From Aplysia californica (Eukaryota), in contig NW_004797359.1 in assembly GCF_000002075.1 (NCBI RefSeq), positions 1,532,711 through 1,596,710 on the forward strand: a DNA stretch of 64,000 nt, read 5' to 3'. This document shows, piece by piece, positions 12,380 through 23,843 of the stretch. Within the stretch, counting starts at the first letter, position 1. Every line of letters begins with the position of its first letter. Below the pieces are notes generated by a model. It ran no database searches, had not been told where the DNA came from, and saw only the letters and a list, made by a program, of their open reading frames with translations. The position numbers and the translations under genes are program-made.

Positions 12380-13420
12380 CCTGGCAAGTCTTCCTCACAA
12401 TGGAGCCGATTCACTGAGTTAAGACATTCGCAAAAATCTACAGGGACAGAAGAAGGGAACACGCTTCCACAGTCCTGGATCCAGGCCCAACATCATTGGC
12501 TCGACACAACCTGGGAAAAAACCCAGAATAAAAATATCAAATCATCAGGGCTATTTGGTGTATTTTTCTTTCAATCAGGGTGGGAAGGATATAACTTCAC
12601 AAACTTTCCTGAATCTCTCTACAAGACATGATGAGCACACTAGTAGTAAGTTCTTTTTCTTCATTTATCCACAAATATAAGGTATTTGAATAAAATTTTT
12701 GTGTAATATATATTTTTAAATTTAAATGGCATCTCTGCTTGATCGATACTAAAATGTTTATTCCATCATCAATGCAGAATTTATACTAAGTAGGAGGCTG
12801 GCTGCAGTAACACAGCCTGTCAGGGCCAACCCTGCTGTGTTGGACACTGCACCCTAGCAGAAAAACTAGAGATATATAAACTTTGACACGCAGGAATGTA
12901 ACTCAAATCTTAAGTGAGAGCTACAGAGTGAAAAACTAAGCCATTATTATATTATTAATACCACATCCACATACACCGGTAATTTTTTGGATTTCGTTTA
13001 AAGTGAATTACAAGAAATTATTGGCCTAAATCCTACAAAAAGTAAAGATATTCATGGGTGGAGTGAAGGCTACATGACATATATTGTGAAGCTTCCCCTA
13101 ACCTATGTACTACAGTCGACTCCACTTGTGATTGTGTTGAACTCCCTTGAGTTGATCTTTTTCTCGGGTTTCAGAACCTTTCTTTGTTTCTTTACAGGTC
13201 CCAAAGGTTAACTTTAACCTCAGATGAGTTTATCTCTCCCCCCCCCCCCCCCCCCCCCCCCCCCACTATTTAATGATTTTGTACTTACTGTAGCAATTCT
13301 ATTCATTTTTGGACTTCGCTCTTTGAAAAGTTATGTTTACTTGGCAGGGAACACAATTGTCATGATGCATCCCCATCGCTTACTAGAATGCTTTACAATC
13401 TTTGCTTTTCAGTGGCAGCG

Positions 13421-14398
13421 ATGGATACTCAGCTGCGCTCAGAGTGCCAGGGTCTTCTGGAGCAGCTGAAAGCTTCCCAGCGGCTGTTGACTGAACAGGT
13501 GTCTTCCCAAATGGGACGAGTGACTCTTGCTTCTAGTCAGAGATCTGGTGTCTCAACTACTTTTGATGACCGAGACCCCATTATTAGTTACAATCTAAGT
13601 AAAAATGCGAGCAAAAAGTCCTCAAAATGGAAATTTGGCAAAGATATCACAGCTGACGTTAATGTAGCTCAGGAGGCTGATACTGACCTCAAGCCATCCT
13701 TAGCCAGAGACAAGTTGTGTAGTCTGGCTAAGAGTCGAAATCGCCATGACAGCTTAGCCAGTGGGCTTAGTACTCAAGACAGCTTTAAACCAGGGAAGGA
13801 AAACTGTAATGTAGCAGACAGAACTTTAGGATATGACAGTCGTCCTTTATTATTATCATCATCAACCTCGTTGCTTGAGGGCAGAACCGCACTCTCAGAC
13901 TTCTCAAAGAATGAGATGGCATCTGTGGAAGACAATAATGCCGTGACATCCTCTTCCTGGCAGCCAGCAACGCCCATCACTCAGAGAAGACGTCAGCTCA
14001 TAGATCGTCACACTGCCGTACCCACCAAGCTCAATGCTAAGGAACTCAGAGATCTAGAGAAAGAAAGGTATTTGAATTTCAGCTACTCACACATTGAAGT
14101 TGATGATCATGTGACCCGCCTCAAGTCAACAGGGGACCTTTCTGAACCTGAAGAAACAGAGACTGGTGATAAAAAGACACAATCTTCATTTTCTACCGAA
14201 CATTCGCCTGCTGCATCTCATCTAACAAGTCTCCCCGATCGTGGTCCCACCAAACCTGAAAAGCAGGAGAGCTTCAATTCGCAGCTTCTTGATGATGGGA
14301 ACAATCGTAAGCTCAGCAAGTTTGTGAAGGAAGCTGCAGTGAAACCCAAGAGCATCCTCAACTCCAGCGCTTACTACAGCTTGAATTCAAGCAAGAGG
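13421..14398 (+). CDS. MIIP: MIIP coding exon 1
   Basis: Acceptor AG 13411-13412, ATG 13421, donor GTAAGC 14399; 326 open codons. Confidence 0.8.
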
Positions 14399-17300
14399 GT
14401 AAGCAAAAATATCTTATAAAATTTACTGGAACCATCCTCAAAGTTTTTCCTTTTAACCTGAAATCATGTGAGTTAAAAAAACAAAGATGAAAAAAGAAAG
14501 TATGACACGTATAAAAACTGTATGATTCTCTTTTTAGACATCTGTATTCTTTCTTTTCAGAAATTCAAGAAGAGAGATTTTTACCATTAATTACTGAACT
14601 TTTACAATCATGTTACTTGAATAGGCCTACTGAAAATAACATCAACTGTGACGTATCTAAATGCACTCTCTTGTCTTGATTTTTGCTGCATGATGTAATG
14701 AATGATGATATGATGATATCTGTCTGTCTGAATTTGTATTAGATTTAAATGAATCTGACTCTAGAACCATACTCTAAAACCTTGGATGTCTAGTATTTTG
14801 TGACATTGTTCTGACTTTGCCGTTCACCGTTGTCTGTTCCCAGAACAACTCAAGGGTACGATTCAACTCGTCTCAGTCCAGTGACTCCCAGACTCCACTG
14901 CCGGACCATCGCCTTCTCGGCTATGACTGGATTGCTGCCCTGCTGGACAATGACTCAGCTTTGATCAATCAGTCTGAGAGTTTCTTTGATGAGTTGAGGG
15001 ATTTTCGCAGAGCCAACAAAGACGAGTGCTCCAACCAGTTCTACATGAAGTAAGTGTGGATACGTCAATTTTTTTAATGTTTTGGGCTTTTTGGTTTTTA
15101 TTTTGATTCCTTGTTGACTGACTTATGTTGCTGATTAGATAGCTTTGATTGTTAGCCGCTAGTGCCTGTGATGTAGTAGTTAGGCTCTTCGCAGTTCATG
15201 CTGAAGACATTAGTTTCAATCTTATGTTGGGATGTCATTTTATCAAGTATCTTGCCATGTCCCCTGGGATCACGGATGCTAGTTCAAAGACATTTAAAAA
15301 CCTAAGCGGTAATGTGGGAATTTTCAAAAACCTGAAAGTCATCGTACAGAAAGATAAGATGGCAAAGACTACAAAAAACTAGTTTTAACATATGGGCCTT
15401 AAGAGGATAGGGGCTTTTTCAGGACTACTCTTCTGCTTCAAGACTTATCGTTTTGCATGTTGCGTAGTCGCCAGTTTTTAAACACGTACGTGCCGGCCCC
15501 AGTCTAAAAAACCTGCAGACCTAGGTCTGTTGAGGTTAAAAACCAGCGGGGCCGGCATATGCTGTATCCCGCCTTAAGCAGGTGGAAACAGCCTATGTCC
15601 TAATTGGTGTGAGTTGTATGAATGGAGACATGAAATATATTAATTGTGTAATAATTTGATTATTGGGCCATCCTCAAAATATGGAACATGTGTTTGTATT
15701 CTAAATGCTAGCTCCGACATTATAAAATCCATGCAAGAAGGGAAGATGACAGAAAGGGCAAGAGGGGAGATAAAGAGAAGTTGAGAAACCGTTTTGCTTG
15801 CAGGACTATGGAACCAGATATCTCACCCTCGTCTCATAGTTGTTTGCTGGTTTTTATGGATAAAGAGCTTCTTTTTTCCCACACAAACAAACAAATAAAC
15901 AACTATGCATCGTGTACAATCCTCAGAGGCCCTCACACCCTGGTGGACACAGAACCTTCTGAGGTGGTTGAGGCTCTCACGGAACCAAGTATGTTTGGGT
16001 TTTTTTTGTGTGTGTGTTTTGTGTTTTTTATATGAGTCTCAAACGTTGTCTGTGAGTTGTTGGCGGGTGCTCTGGTGTAGTTTGTTTCTTCTTTCCTATC
16101 AAACATCTGTTGTCCTTATCTCCCCTCCTTCTTTCTTGTGTATGTTACTCTCTTGTAACACATAATCCATTCTTCGGCACTTATATGACCTTATTGTGTT
16201 GCAAGTGCGTAAAACGCTTACTAAGACTAAAACTAAAACATTGTCTAGTATATCTCAGAAGTGCCAATTTTCCCTGATAAATCTTGAAATCCGGATGTCT
16301 GAAAATGTCTGGATTTTTACTGACTTTTACGTGATGTCATACTGCACTTTGTTCGAAAATACTCGTGATGGAATTATATTTAGAGATGTATTGATCAATA
16401 CAATCAGTAAATTTTGAGTATTCACACACATGCATTTCCACAAGGGTGCAGAAAATTTCTAAATTTTATTGTAGCGAGTTGGCATCTCTGCTGTTTGTGT
16501 TTTTGTTCTTGCTTTTCTCATTGTATGCAATATATCTGTAATGTGTTCTTAGATTGACTCTGTGTGTGGATGTATTGCGTTCTTTTAAATGAAAATGTTT
16601 GTGTGTATTAAGTCTCATAGACAAATATCTATTTATTCCTAGTGAACTCGTAATTACATGTACTTTTTTTGCTATTCACGGAGAAACCAAAATTTTCATT
16701 AGGCCTACTGTCTCTTATTACCAATTAAAAAAGAAAATTAAAAAAATATATTGTTAGTTTGTGGAAAAGATGATTTATTATGGTCATAGTTTTGATATGG
16801 ATTTACTCTGCTGCCTTCATTCAGAATTGTAAGTTCGAGGTAGTTACATGAAGATTATTTTTTTCAGAGGTTCGTCCTTACATTGTCAATGACAGACTTT
16901 TCACGGAGCCGTTTAGACCCAACCTTATCCCTTACGAAGATGAGGATATACCTCAAAGGCAGAAAAGCAAAGAGCCAAGTAAAGATAACCCTAGATTTGT
17001 CAGGTAATGTATTTTTTAATAATTCTAGTCATCATCATTATTTGATATCATCTTATTTGGTCCTTAATTTCTAATTGAATGTGCTGTCAAATCTACTCTA
17101 ATTGCAACCTGTTCAAGACAAACAAACTCTTCTCTCCCTCCCCCCTTTCCTGCTCCCTTGGTTTTGAAAAAATATTATAACGACATTGTTTTTAGATGTC
17201 TGCTAGTCTTACACAACTTTCCGCCTGAAGAGTGGGTGGCCGTCTTGGACAATTTCAACTATATTTGTGTCACGACGAGATGGAATCAGGGGATCGTCAG

Positions 17301-20133
17301 TTTTTGGGCAGGTTGAGTTATTTGTATCGCCTTGTAGCTTGTTTATTTGTCTTGCTTTTGACGAAAGAAATACCCATTTTTCTTTAATGCAGGTTGAGAT
17401 ATTTGCGATTGAAGGAGGTGGGGGTTGCCTTGTTTTAGAGGCAGTATTAGAGAGAAAATGGCTGCCAAAGTTTGGTTCTTTTCAAAGCCTGAGCGTCTGT
17501 GGAAACTGACAGTTTATGTTTTTTGTACCTTAAATCAATATTTTTCAGTAAAATCCTCACATAAATGGGTTCTTAAATGGACATAAAAGGTGTTGAGCCA
17601 AAAAAGCAAAATTTCTATAAAAATGACCTAACCAGCGAAAAAATGCCGCTTTCTTTACTTTTGTTTTAATCTAATGAGCGCCTGATTTCACCAAGCTGCC
17701 TCCCATATGTATTTGATGTTCCTTGAATATCATCCCAAGATTGGGGAAAAAAGAAAGATCACTATGAATAGGCCAGCCAAGGGAGTTATTATGAGTTTGT
17801 GTGGATTTTCTGATTTCAAGAGGAACAAACTGAACTATGTGATGGAAAAGATATATTTTAATTGAGGTTGCCGGTTCGGGGTTCAAGGCTCAGGCTTGAT
17901 ATTGTGTCCTTGGGAAAAGCACTTGACATGAATTTTCCTCACTTCAATCTGATATGAATGGGTATCCAGTTATAGACAAAGAAAGATCTTGTCTGTAAGT
18001 TAGTGTTTGAATGCCTGTAAAATGGTTTCTTTGCACTGTATGCTTCCCAGGAAATTGAACTTGCTTCAGAATTCTTTCAGGTCTGCTGGGGTAATATAGA
18101 TTGGAACATTCATAGAGTTTGCTTTTGAGCTGAAATGATCACTGTACAAATGCTATTTATTATGTATCATTATTACAGTATTTTACCCACCACTTTAACA
18201 CTTCATCATTTTCTCTCCCTATTATGTGTGTTTCAGGGTGAGCATTCCGCGGTCAACTCTTTCAACCCCATACCGTGTCAAACCACACAGACGACGCAGT
18301 TTCGATGCGGCTGACTCGTGTGCTCTTATGGATGTAAGCAAATCTCAGTAGATACCTCTCTTTCTCATGGCTTGATTTTTTTTTTACTGGTTTGGTTTTT
18401 TGGGTTTTAAAAAAAATTTTTTTGTGTTTAAACCTAGGGTGGATTGTTAGCGGGTGCTCTATTGTGGTTTGCTCCTTCTTTCCACTCTTTCCAGTCAACT
18501 CCGCTTGTATCTAAGTCATTTGAGTTGATCTTCGTTTAAATTGATCTCTTTCTCGAGACCCAGAACCTCTTCGTCTCTACAGGTCCCAACAGTTAAGTTT
18601 ATCTTTTTTCCACCCCTTCCCACACAACACCAATTCATCTCTCCTTTCATTTTAACGCCTCTCTCTAGCAGTACCTCTTATTTTTTTAACTTCAGATATT
18701 GTGTTGAATTTTGTCGTATATTGTACAGAACACACATTTTCTGTGGGTGGTTGGCGGGTGCTCTGGTGTGGTTTGCTTCTTCTTTCCTATCAAACATGTG
18801 TCGTTCTTATCTCCCCTCCTTCTTTCTTGTGTTTGTTACTCTCTGGTAACATCTCTGATCTTCGGCACTTATATGACCTTATTGTGTTGCAAGTGCCGTA
18901 AAACTTACTAAATCTAACACTTTTTTTATCAGCACTTATATGACCTAATTGTGTTGATGCAAATGCTTTAAACCTCTTACTTACCAAATAAACATGTTTT
19001 CTCGACCTCCGCAGCACTGCCTGCTGGGCTGGGAGAATACTCGGCCAGAGATGTTGCCGGCCGCCAAGTCCCTGGACCTGAACACAGAGGCGGGAACTCG
19101 ACAGGACTCAGTCGTCACGGTAAAGATCTACTTGTATTTTTGTTATTGCGCTCTCATTACTGTCAAAGTCTGTTTAAATAATCTTTTGTGAGTTTTTGTT
19201 TTTGTTTGTCTCTACTAACAACACTTCTCCCCCCCCTTTCCAACCAATATATTGATAGCTGAGTGCAAAATATTGGCAAACCCTAAATTGCAAAAGTAAT
19301 TGAGTAGAGAGACCAGGAGGGAGGGACAAACAGAATAGAGAGACAAAGAGGATGGAATGAGAAAGAGTAGAGAGGCAGGGAAGGAATGAGAGAGTAGAGA
19401 GACAAGGAGGGAGGGAAAGAGGAGATCATACAAACTGTCCCCGGGGTTTTATGTACCCTGCATAATTTAGCAAAATTTGATCATTTTTTGCATAATTTCT
19501 GATTATTTTCCTTTATCATTCTTGGTTAAATTTAACAGAATCGCATAATTTCACATTTTTGGGCTCAGTTTGCATAATTTCAGAATTTTTCTTGCATAAA
19601 ACGATGGGGACAGTACAAAGAGGGAGGGAGAGAAAGAGTGGAGAGACAAGGAGGGAGGGTGAGAGAAAATGTAGAGACAAGGAGGAAGGGAGAACAAAAT
19701 TAAAGAGAGAAGAAAGAAACAAGGAGGGAGGGAGAGAGAAATTAAAGAGAAGAGGAAGAGAGAGAACAAGCCATGGCAACCTATCACCATATCTTTTTTT
19801 TTATCTTCACAGAGTCTTGCGGAGGCAGAGCGCCTGGCAACTGGTCCTCGCCACGCCGGCTGGCCCTTGGTCCGGTCCCATGGGCGGCTTCAGACTCTGC
19901 CTACCTGGCGCAAACACTACCTGGACACCACGCTCAACATGACGCAGCCCCCAGCGGCAGCCAACAGCTCACGCGCCAGCTCACATTCCGCGGGGGTCAC
20001 TGGTGCAAAACGAGTCACGGATCGCTTACTGCAGTCCACCTACTCCAACATGTACGAGATGGAGAGACTGAAGCAGGAGAGGGAGCTGGAGAGGAAGAGG
20101 GAGGAGGAAGAGAGGGGCAAAGGGAAGAATTGA
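13421..20133 (+). CDS. MIIP: Migration and invasion-inhibitory protein homolog, 7 coding exons, ~634 aa (span includes introns)
   Basis: Exons 13421-14398, 14844-15049, 15927-15988, 16868-17003, 18237-18333, 19015-19119, 19813-20133; all GT-AG and phase-compatible. MIIP motifs LGYDWIA, FFDELRDFRRANKDEC, VNDRLF, RVSIP..HRRRSFDAADS, HCLLGW, LDL. Confidence 0.9.
14844..15049 (+). CDS. MIIP: MIIP coding exon 2
   Basis: LLGYDWIAALLD...FFDELRDFRRANKDEC; AG/GT bounded. Confidence 0.92.
15927..15988 (+). CDS. MIIP: MIIP coding exon 3
   Basis: GPHTLVDTEPSEVVEALTEP; phases 2/1 fit its neighbours. Confidence 0.75.
16050..16239 (+). mobile_element. Family A copy
   Basis: GTTGGCGGGTGCTCTGGTG...CGGCACTTATATGACCTTATTGTGTTGCAAGTGC..ACTAAAACTAAAA. 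Confidence 0.8.
16868..17003 (+). CDS. MIIP: MIIP coding exon 4
   Basis: VRPYIVNDRLFTEP...PRFVR; AG/GT bounded. Confidence 0.88.
18237..18333 (+). CDS. MIIP: MIIP coding exon 5
   Basis: VSIPRSTLSTPYRVKPHRRRSFDAADSCALMD. Confidence 0.92.
18742..18912 (+). mobile_element. Family A copy
   Basis: Same sequence as 16050-16239. Confidence 0.8.
19015..19119 (+). CDS. MIIP: MIIP coding exon 6
   Basis: HCLLGWENTRPEMLPAAKSLDL. Confidence 0.92.
19435..19613. mobile_element. ~180 bp MITE, family D (CTGTCCCC TIR, 6-bp TSD)
   Basis: TIR CTGTCCCC...TTTTATG / CATAAAA...GGGGACAG; TSD TACAAA; other copies at 2030-2208 and 51781-51959. Confidence 0.85.
19813..20133 (+). CDS. MIIP: MIIP terminal coding exon
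   Basis: Acceptor 19811-19812, phase 0, open to TGA at 20131-20133. Confidence 0.8.
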   Translation, partial: SLAEAERLATGPRHAGWPLVRSHGRLQTLPTWRKHYLDTTLNMTQPPAAANSSRASSHSAGVTGAKRVTDRLLQSTYSNMYEMERLKQERELERKREEEERGKGKN

Positions 20134-20672
20134 TGGGATGTATGTCGCATAATTGATGCGGTGTGTTATGTACTGCCCTTCAACTGGCGAGGTCATGGTC
20201 TGTGTCTGTTGCCATCCCCCTCTCCTCCCCTTCCGTCTCCTTTTCTCTCTCTCTCTTGGCATTTTTCCCCCATTTTGAATTGAAAGTTACAGTATGGAAT
20301 GTCTTATGTCTTTGCTGTTGAATTTACAACCCAAAATGAGGTCAGACATATTGTGCCTTTATCATATCCATTTTATCTTTCGTCTGTGTGTGAGTGTGGG
20401 TGTGAATGGTAAAAGTGGCTGGGAATCGTTGAAGATGAGGAATGCAGAAATAAAATTTCATATGTGCTCTGTGATAAATCAAAAGGACAGACTGATTGTA
20501 AGTTGTAGACGAATGGTTGCAGTTCAGTTGTTTTTTTAATAAGCTTTCTTGCCCAAGCTCATACCTTTGTCATTTTTTAAATTCCCTTATGTCCATTTTA
20601 TCCTTTTAGTGCAAGTACTTAATTTATTCAAACTCTTGTATACTACTGTAGTTCGGTGTATGTGTAACAGCA

Positions 20673-20678
20673 AATAAA
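20673..20678 (+). terminator. Candidate poly(A) signal of MIIP
   Basis: AATAAA followed by T/GT-rich sequence, ~540 nt after the stop. Confidence 0.45.
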
Positions 20679-21572
20679 CTTAGCAATGGTATGGATGATA
20701 TTGTTAATGTGATTTCTTACTTTGACTTTTATGTGAGGAGTTGTTTTTTTCTAATTATTATAATTATATTTACTGTGGCTTCGCAGGGAAACCCACAAGA
20801 CTATTCCAAGTGCATTTTAGTGAAGTCGGTAGTCTAGTGATTAGGCTACCGGACTCAGACAATGTGGGTTCAAGGCTTAGCTCGGCCCGATGTTGTGTCC
20901 ATGGGAAAGGCACTTTTCATGAACTTCCCTCATTTCACCTTAGCGTGGGAGGGTACCCAGTCATCAGGGAAAGATTTGTCAGTATGTCCAAGTCCAGGTT
21001 TTTTGTGCCTCTGTGAAATGGAGGCTTGCACTCTAGGCTCCATGCCTGGGAGGCCAAGAATGCTTCTAGAGTCTTCTTGGGCAACAATGGTTGTGTGGCT
21101 CCTAGAACATGGATGCGATATACATATATATATATATATATATAAATTAAACGTAGTAACAGTCAACTTCGCTTGAGTTGATCTTCGGTTAAAGGGCTCA
21201 GGAGTCAAATTCCACACCAGGAGACCCAATTTTCTTGTAAAATATCGAAAATGAGTTTGAGACATTTTCTGACAGTTGGATCAATCTAGTTTACAAACAT
21301 GTATCTATTATAATGTTGAAAAACACTCAGAAAAGAGCGCTAAGTGAGTCCTCGCACTGCATAATTTATTTTTCACCCCTCTCATGACATCAACAGATCC
21401 TTCGTCAGCTGCGTTACTTACTACTCTGTGAAAAGTACTTGTGTCTGGGGCGAAATACATAGTAGTCTATGTCGGAGAAAAGAACATTCCAGAGCGAGAA
21501 AATGAAACGTAGAGAGTAACATGGTGAAAACAACTACAAATGCAGAAGCACACGAGTATGACTTTATAACAT

Positions 21573-21578
21573 TTTATT
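21573..21578 (-). terminator. Candidate poly(A) signal of PRXL2B/SelU3
   Basis: AATAAA on the minus strand ~230 nt downstream of the SECIS. Confidence 0.55.
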
Positions 21579-21804
21579 CAGAATATTTTTTAATGTTTCA
21601 TTTCTATAATGGCAAAAATATAAAAAATGTTATACTCATTCTTGAATTATACAGTGAACTTTGGTAAAAATAACTATCAACAAACTATCATTACTATCAA
21701 TGAAGAAAAAGTTTGATATATATATCATGATACTGTGGCCTAGTCAAGATGCACAATCTTCACTACACATGTGCAAACTGGCAGTGTTGCCCTGCCGAAG
21801 AAAG

Positions 21805-21897
21805 CTGGCGGTGCTCTTTTTGTCACGAGAGACCATTCAGCTGACACCGTGCCCGAGGGGTTTTTGGTGCCTGCGTCAAACACAAGAGCACAGCCAG
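21805..21897 (-). promoter_or_regulatory. Candidate SECIS element (type II, UUGA core) in the PRXL2B/SelU3 3' UTR
   Basis: Minus strand: CUGGC.GUGCUCUU pairs with AAGAGCAC.GCCAG (helix I); UGAC/UGAA kink-turn core; GCAGGCACC/GGUGUCAGC helix II; apical AAAAA with a CCC/GGG mini-stem. Confidence 0.78.
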
Positions 21898-23676
21898 TCA
21901 GTCTTGAAGCCAGCAGTTGCCAGTTTGGACACGTGTATACTCACCAGTTACACACTTCACTAGCACCCAGTACTGATAACGAGCATTAAATTAAGGCTTT
22001 GATAAAAACTGAATGAAATGTAAGAACCCATACAGTACAAATGAAATTGAAAGAATGATACAGTTATACAGTCCACATCAATCGCACAGGAATGTATCAC
22101 GAGTCATGTATTCACCTAGATCTATCACTACAAACTGACAAACAATCTTGACCACGGAATCAAAACTTTGAGAAGAGATGACAACGTCAAAATGCGAAAA
22201 AAAAAAAAAGTTTCGCTACAAGATCTTCTAATCAGACATATGTATATGGTATATCAAAAGTTGCCCGAAATATTTTGATGAAAGCATGTAGAAATACCTG
22301 AGCCAGTCAAAAAAAAAAAAAAAAGAAGGAAAACCAGGAAAAATGTCCTGACTCTCGAATTGTAAATTTCTGCTCTCCACCATATCCCTGAACTATATAA
22401 ATAAAAGAGAATTTCCAGGCCCAAATCATAAAGACGATGAAATCATTAAGTATTCTGTCTGGCTAAAACTTAAACATTACATTGCGCAAGTCACAATTCG
22501 GATACATTTGATTTTCCCAATGTCATTCTTTAGTTCCAGAACAACAAATAAATATATTGAAATCAGGAGAAGACTACAACACTTCATCATCCCCCACCAC
22601 ATGAGCAATAAGGCACTCGCAGAAAACCTGAACCAAAATGAAAAGACAGTAATACAGTACAGAAGACTACCAAAGTATTGCCCGTTTTGAACTTGAAAAT
22701 TTGATTTCCTCTAAACTAAACCTGATTTATGCGACTCTTAACATTCTACCATCCTGCTTTTCAAATGCTTCTCATCCTGGCATAACAACATCAACAACAC
22801 GTGCAATATTGGCAAAAACACTCCTCACCCTGCAGAGATAGCACCAGTTTCTCTGTGTAGTGTCATTGACTCAGAATGCTATTTACAAACACTGTGTACA
22901 TGTGGTTAGTAGAAAAACCAATTACAGGCTTGCCAACTTTTGAGCTACTGAATTCTGGAATTTTGAATGCTTCAGAGCGCCACGGACACACACTCCTGTG
23001 ATAGGCCACAAAAACCGCTCAAACAAACCAGTGGAGAAACGGAGAGAGAGATGAGAATGTAACAGCACAGTTACTACACATACCCCTTTGTCCATGCCTT
23101 CGAGTTTTGGTTTTTCTAAGAAAAAAATAATACTTTTGGAGAGGGGGGGGCACATCGTGCTGGTGTCTCGGGAAAGGTTCGGGAATGACAATTGCAATTC
23201 TGGAATTTCCTGAAAAATTCAGGAAGGTTGGCAAGCCTGCAATTTTTTTTGTTTTTTCATAGTGAAGAGAATACAAAATACGCCTACTGACCGTTTAGAA
23301 AAAAACAACCTCCTCTCTCTTATCACATAACTAAAACAAGTGCAGGTGTTTGCACACTGTAGTAGAAAAATAACAAAACAATCTGTGCCATTACGTTTTC
23401 AACAAAGGTTTCGTACCATCCTAAAATGAATGTCCAGCACGTAACTCCATTAAAAGTTACAAGATATATTTCATGTTTCAGTTGTACCCTGAAGGACACA
23501 GAAACAAAAGCCTTATAAACTGTTTCTAATCAATAACTACACCTTCAACTGCCAGACCCATCCTCCCACCTGAATATTTCACAACTTAACTCTACCGTAC
23601 GACTATGTGCAGTATTTTTTTTTCTTCCTCACATTTTATAAAGCTTAACAAACAGCCAACTGAACTGTTTTGATCA

Positions 23677-23843
23677 CTACGACTGTGACTTTTTGGGCAG
23701 GGCACAAGCTCCGTTGTCGCAGTCCACTGCAGGAGCTGCCTCCACCTCCACGCTGCCTTCTATGCCCAGAGCTTTCAACACATCGTTCGGGTCCACGTGC
23801 TCCCCGGGATTCTCTTGCTTGTACGTCAGGAGAGCTTTTCCGC
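23677..23843 (-). CDS. PRXL2B: PRXL2B/SelU3 terminal exon
   Basis: GKALLTYKQENPGEHVDPNDVLKALGI...CDNGACALPKKSQS-TAG. Confidence 0.9.

Noticed and set aside
22725-22790. Alternative AUGA..AAAA..GA SECIS candidate on the minus strand
   Set aside because: Helix II is weak with a mismatch next to the core and there is no convincing helix I; 21805-21897 folds much better.
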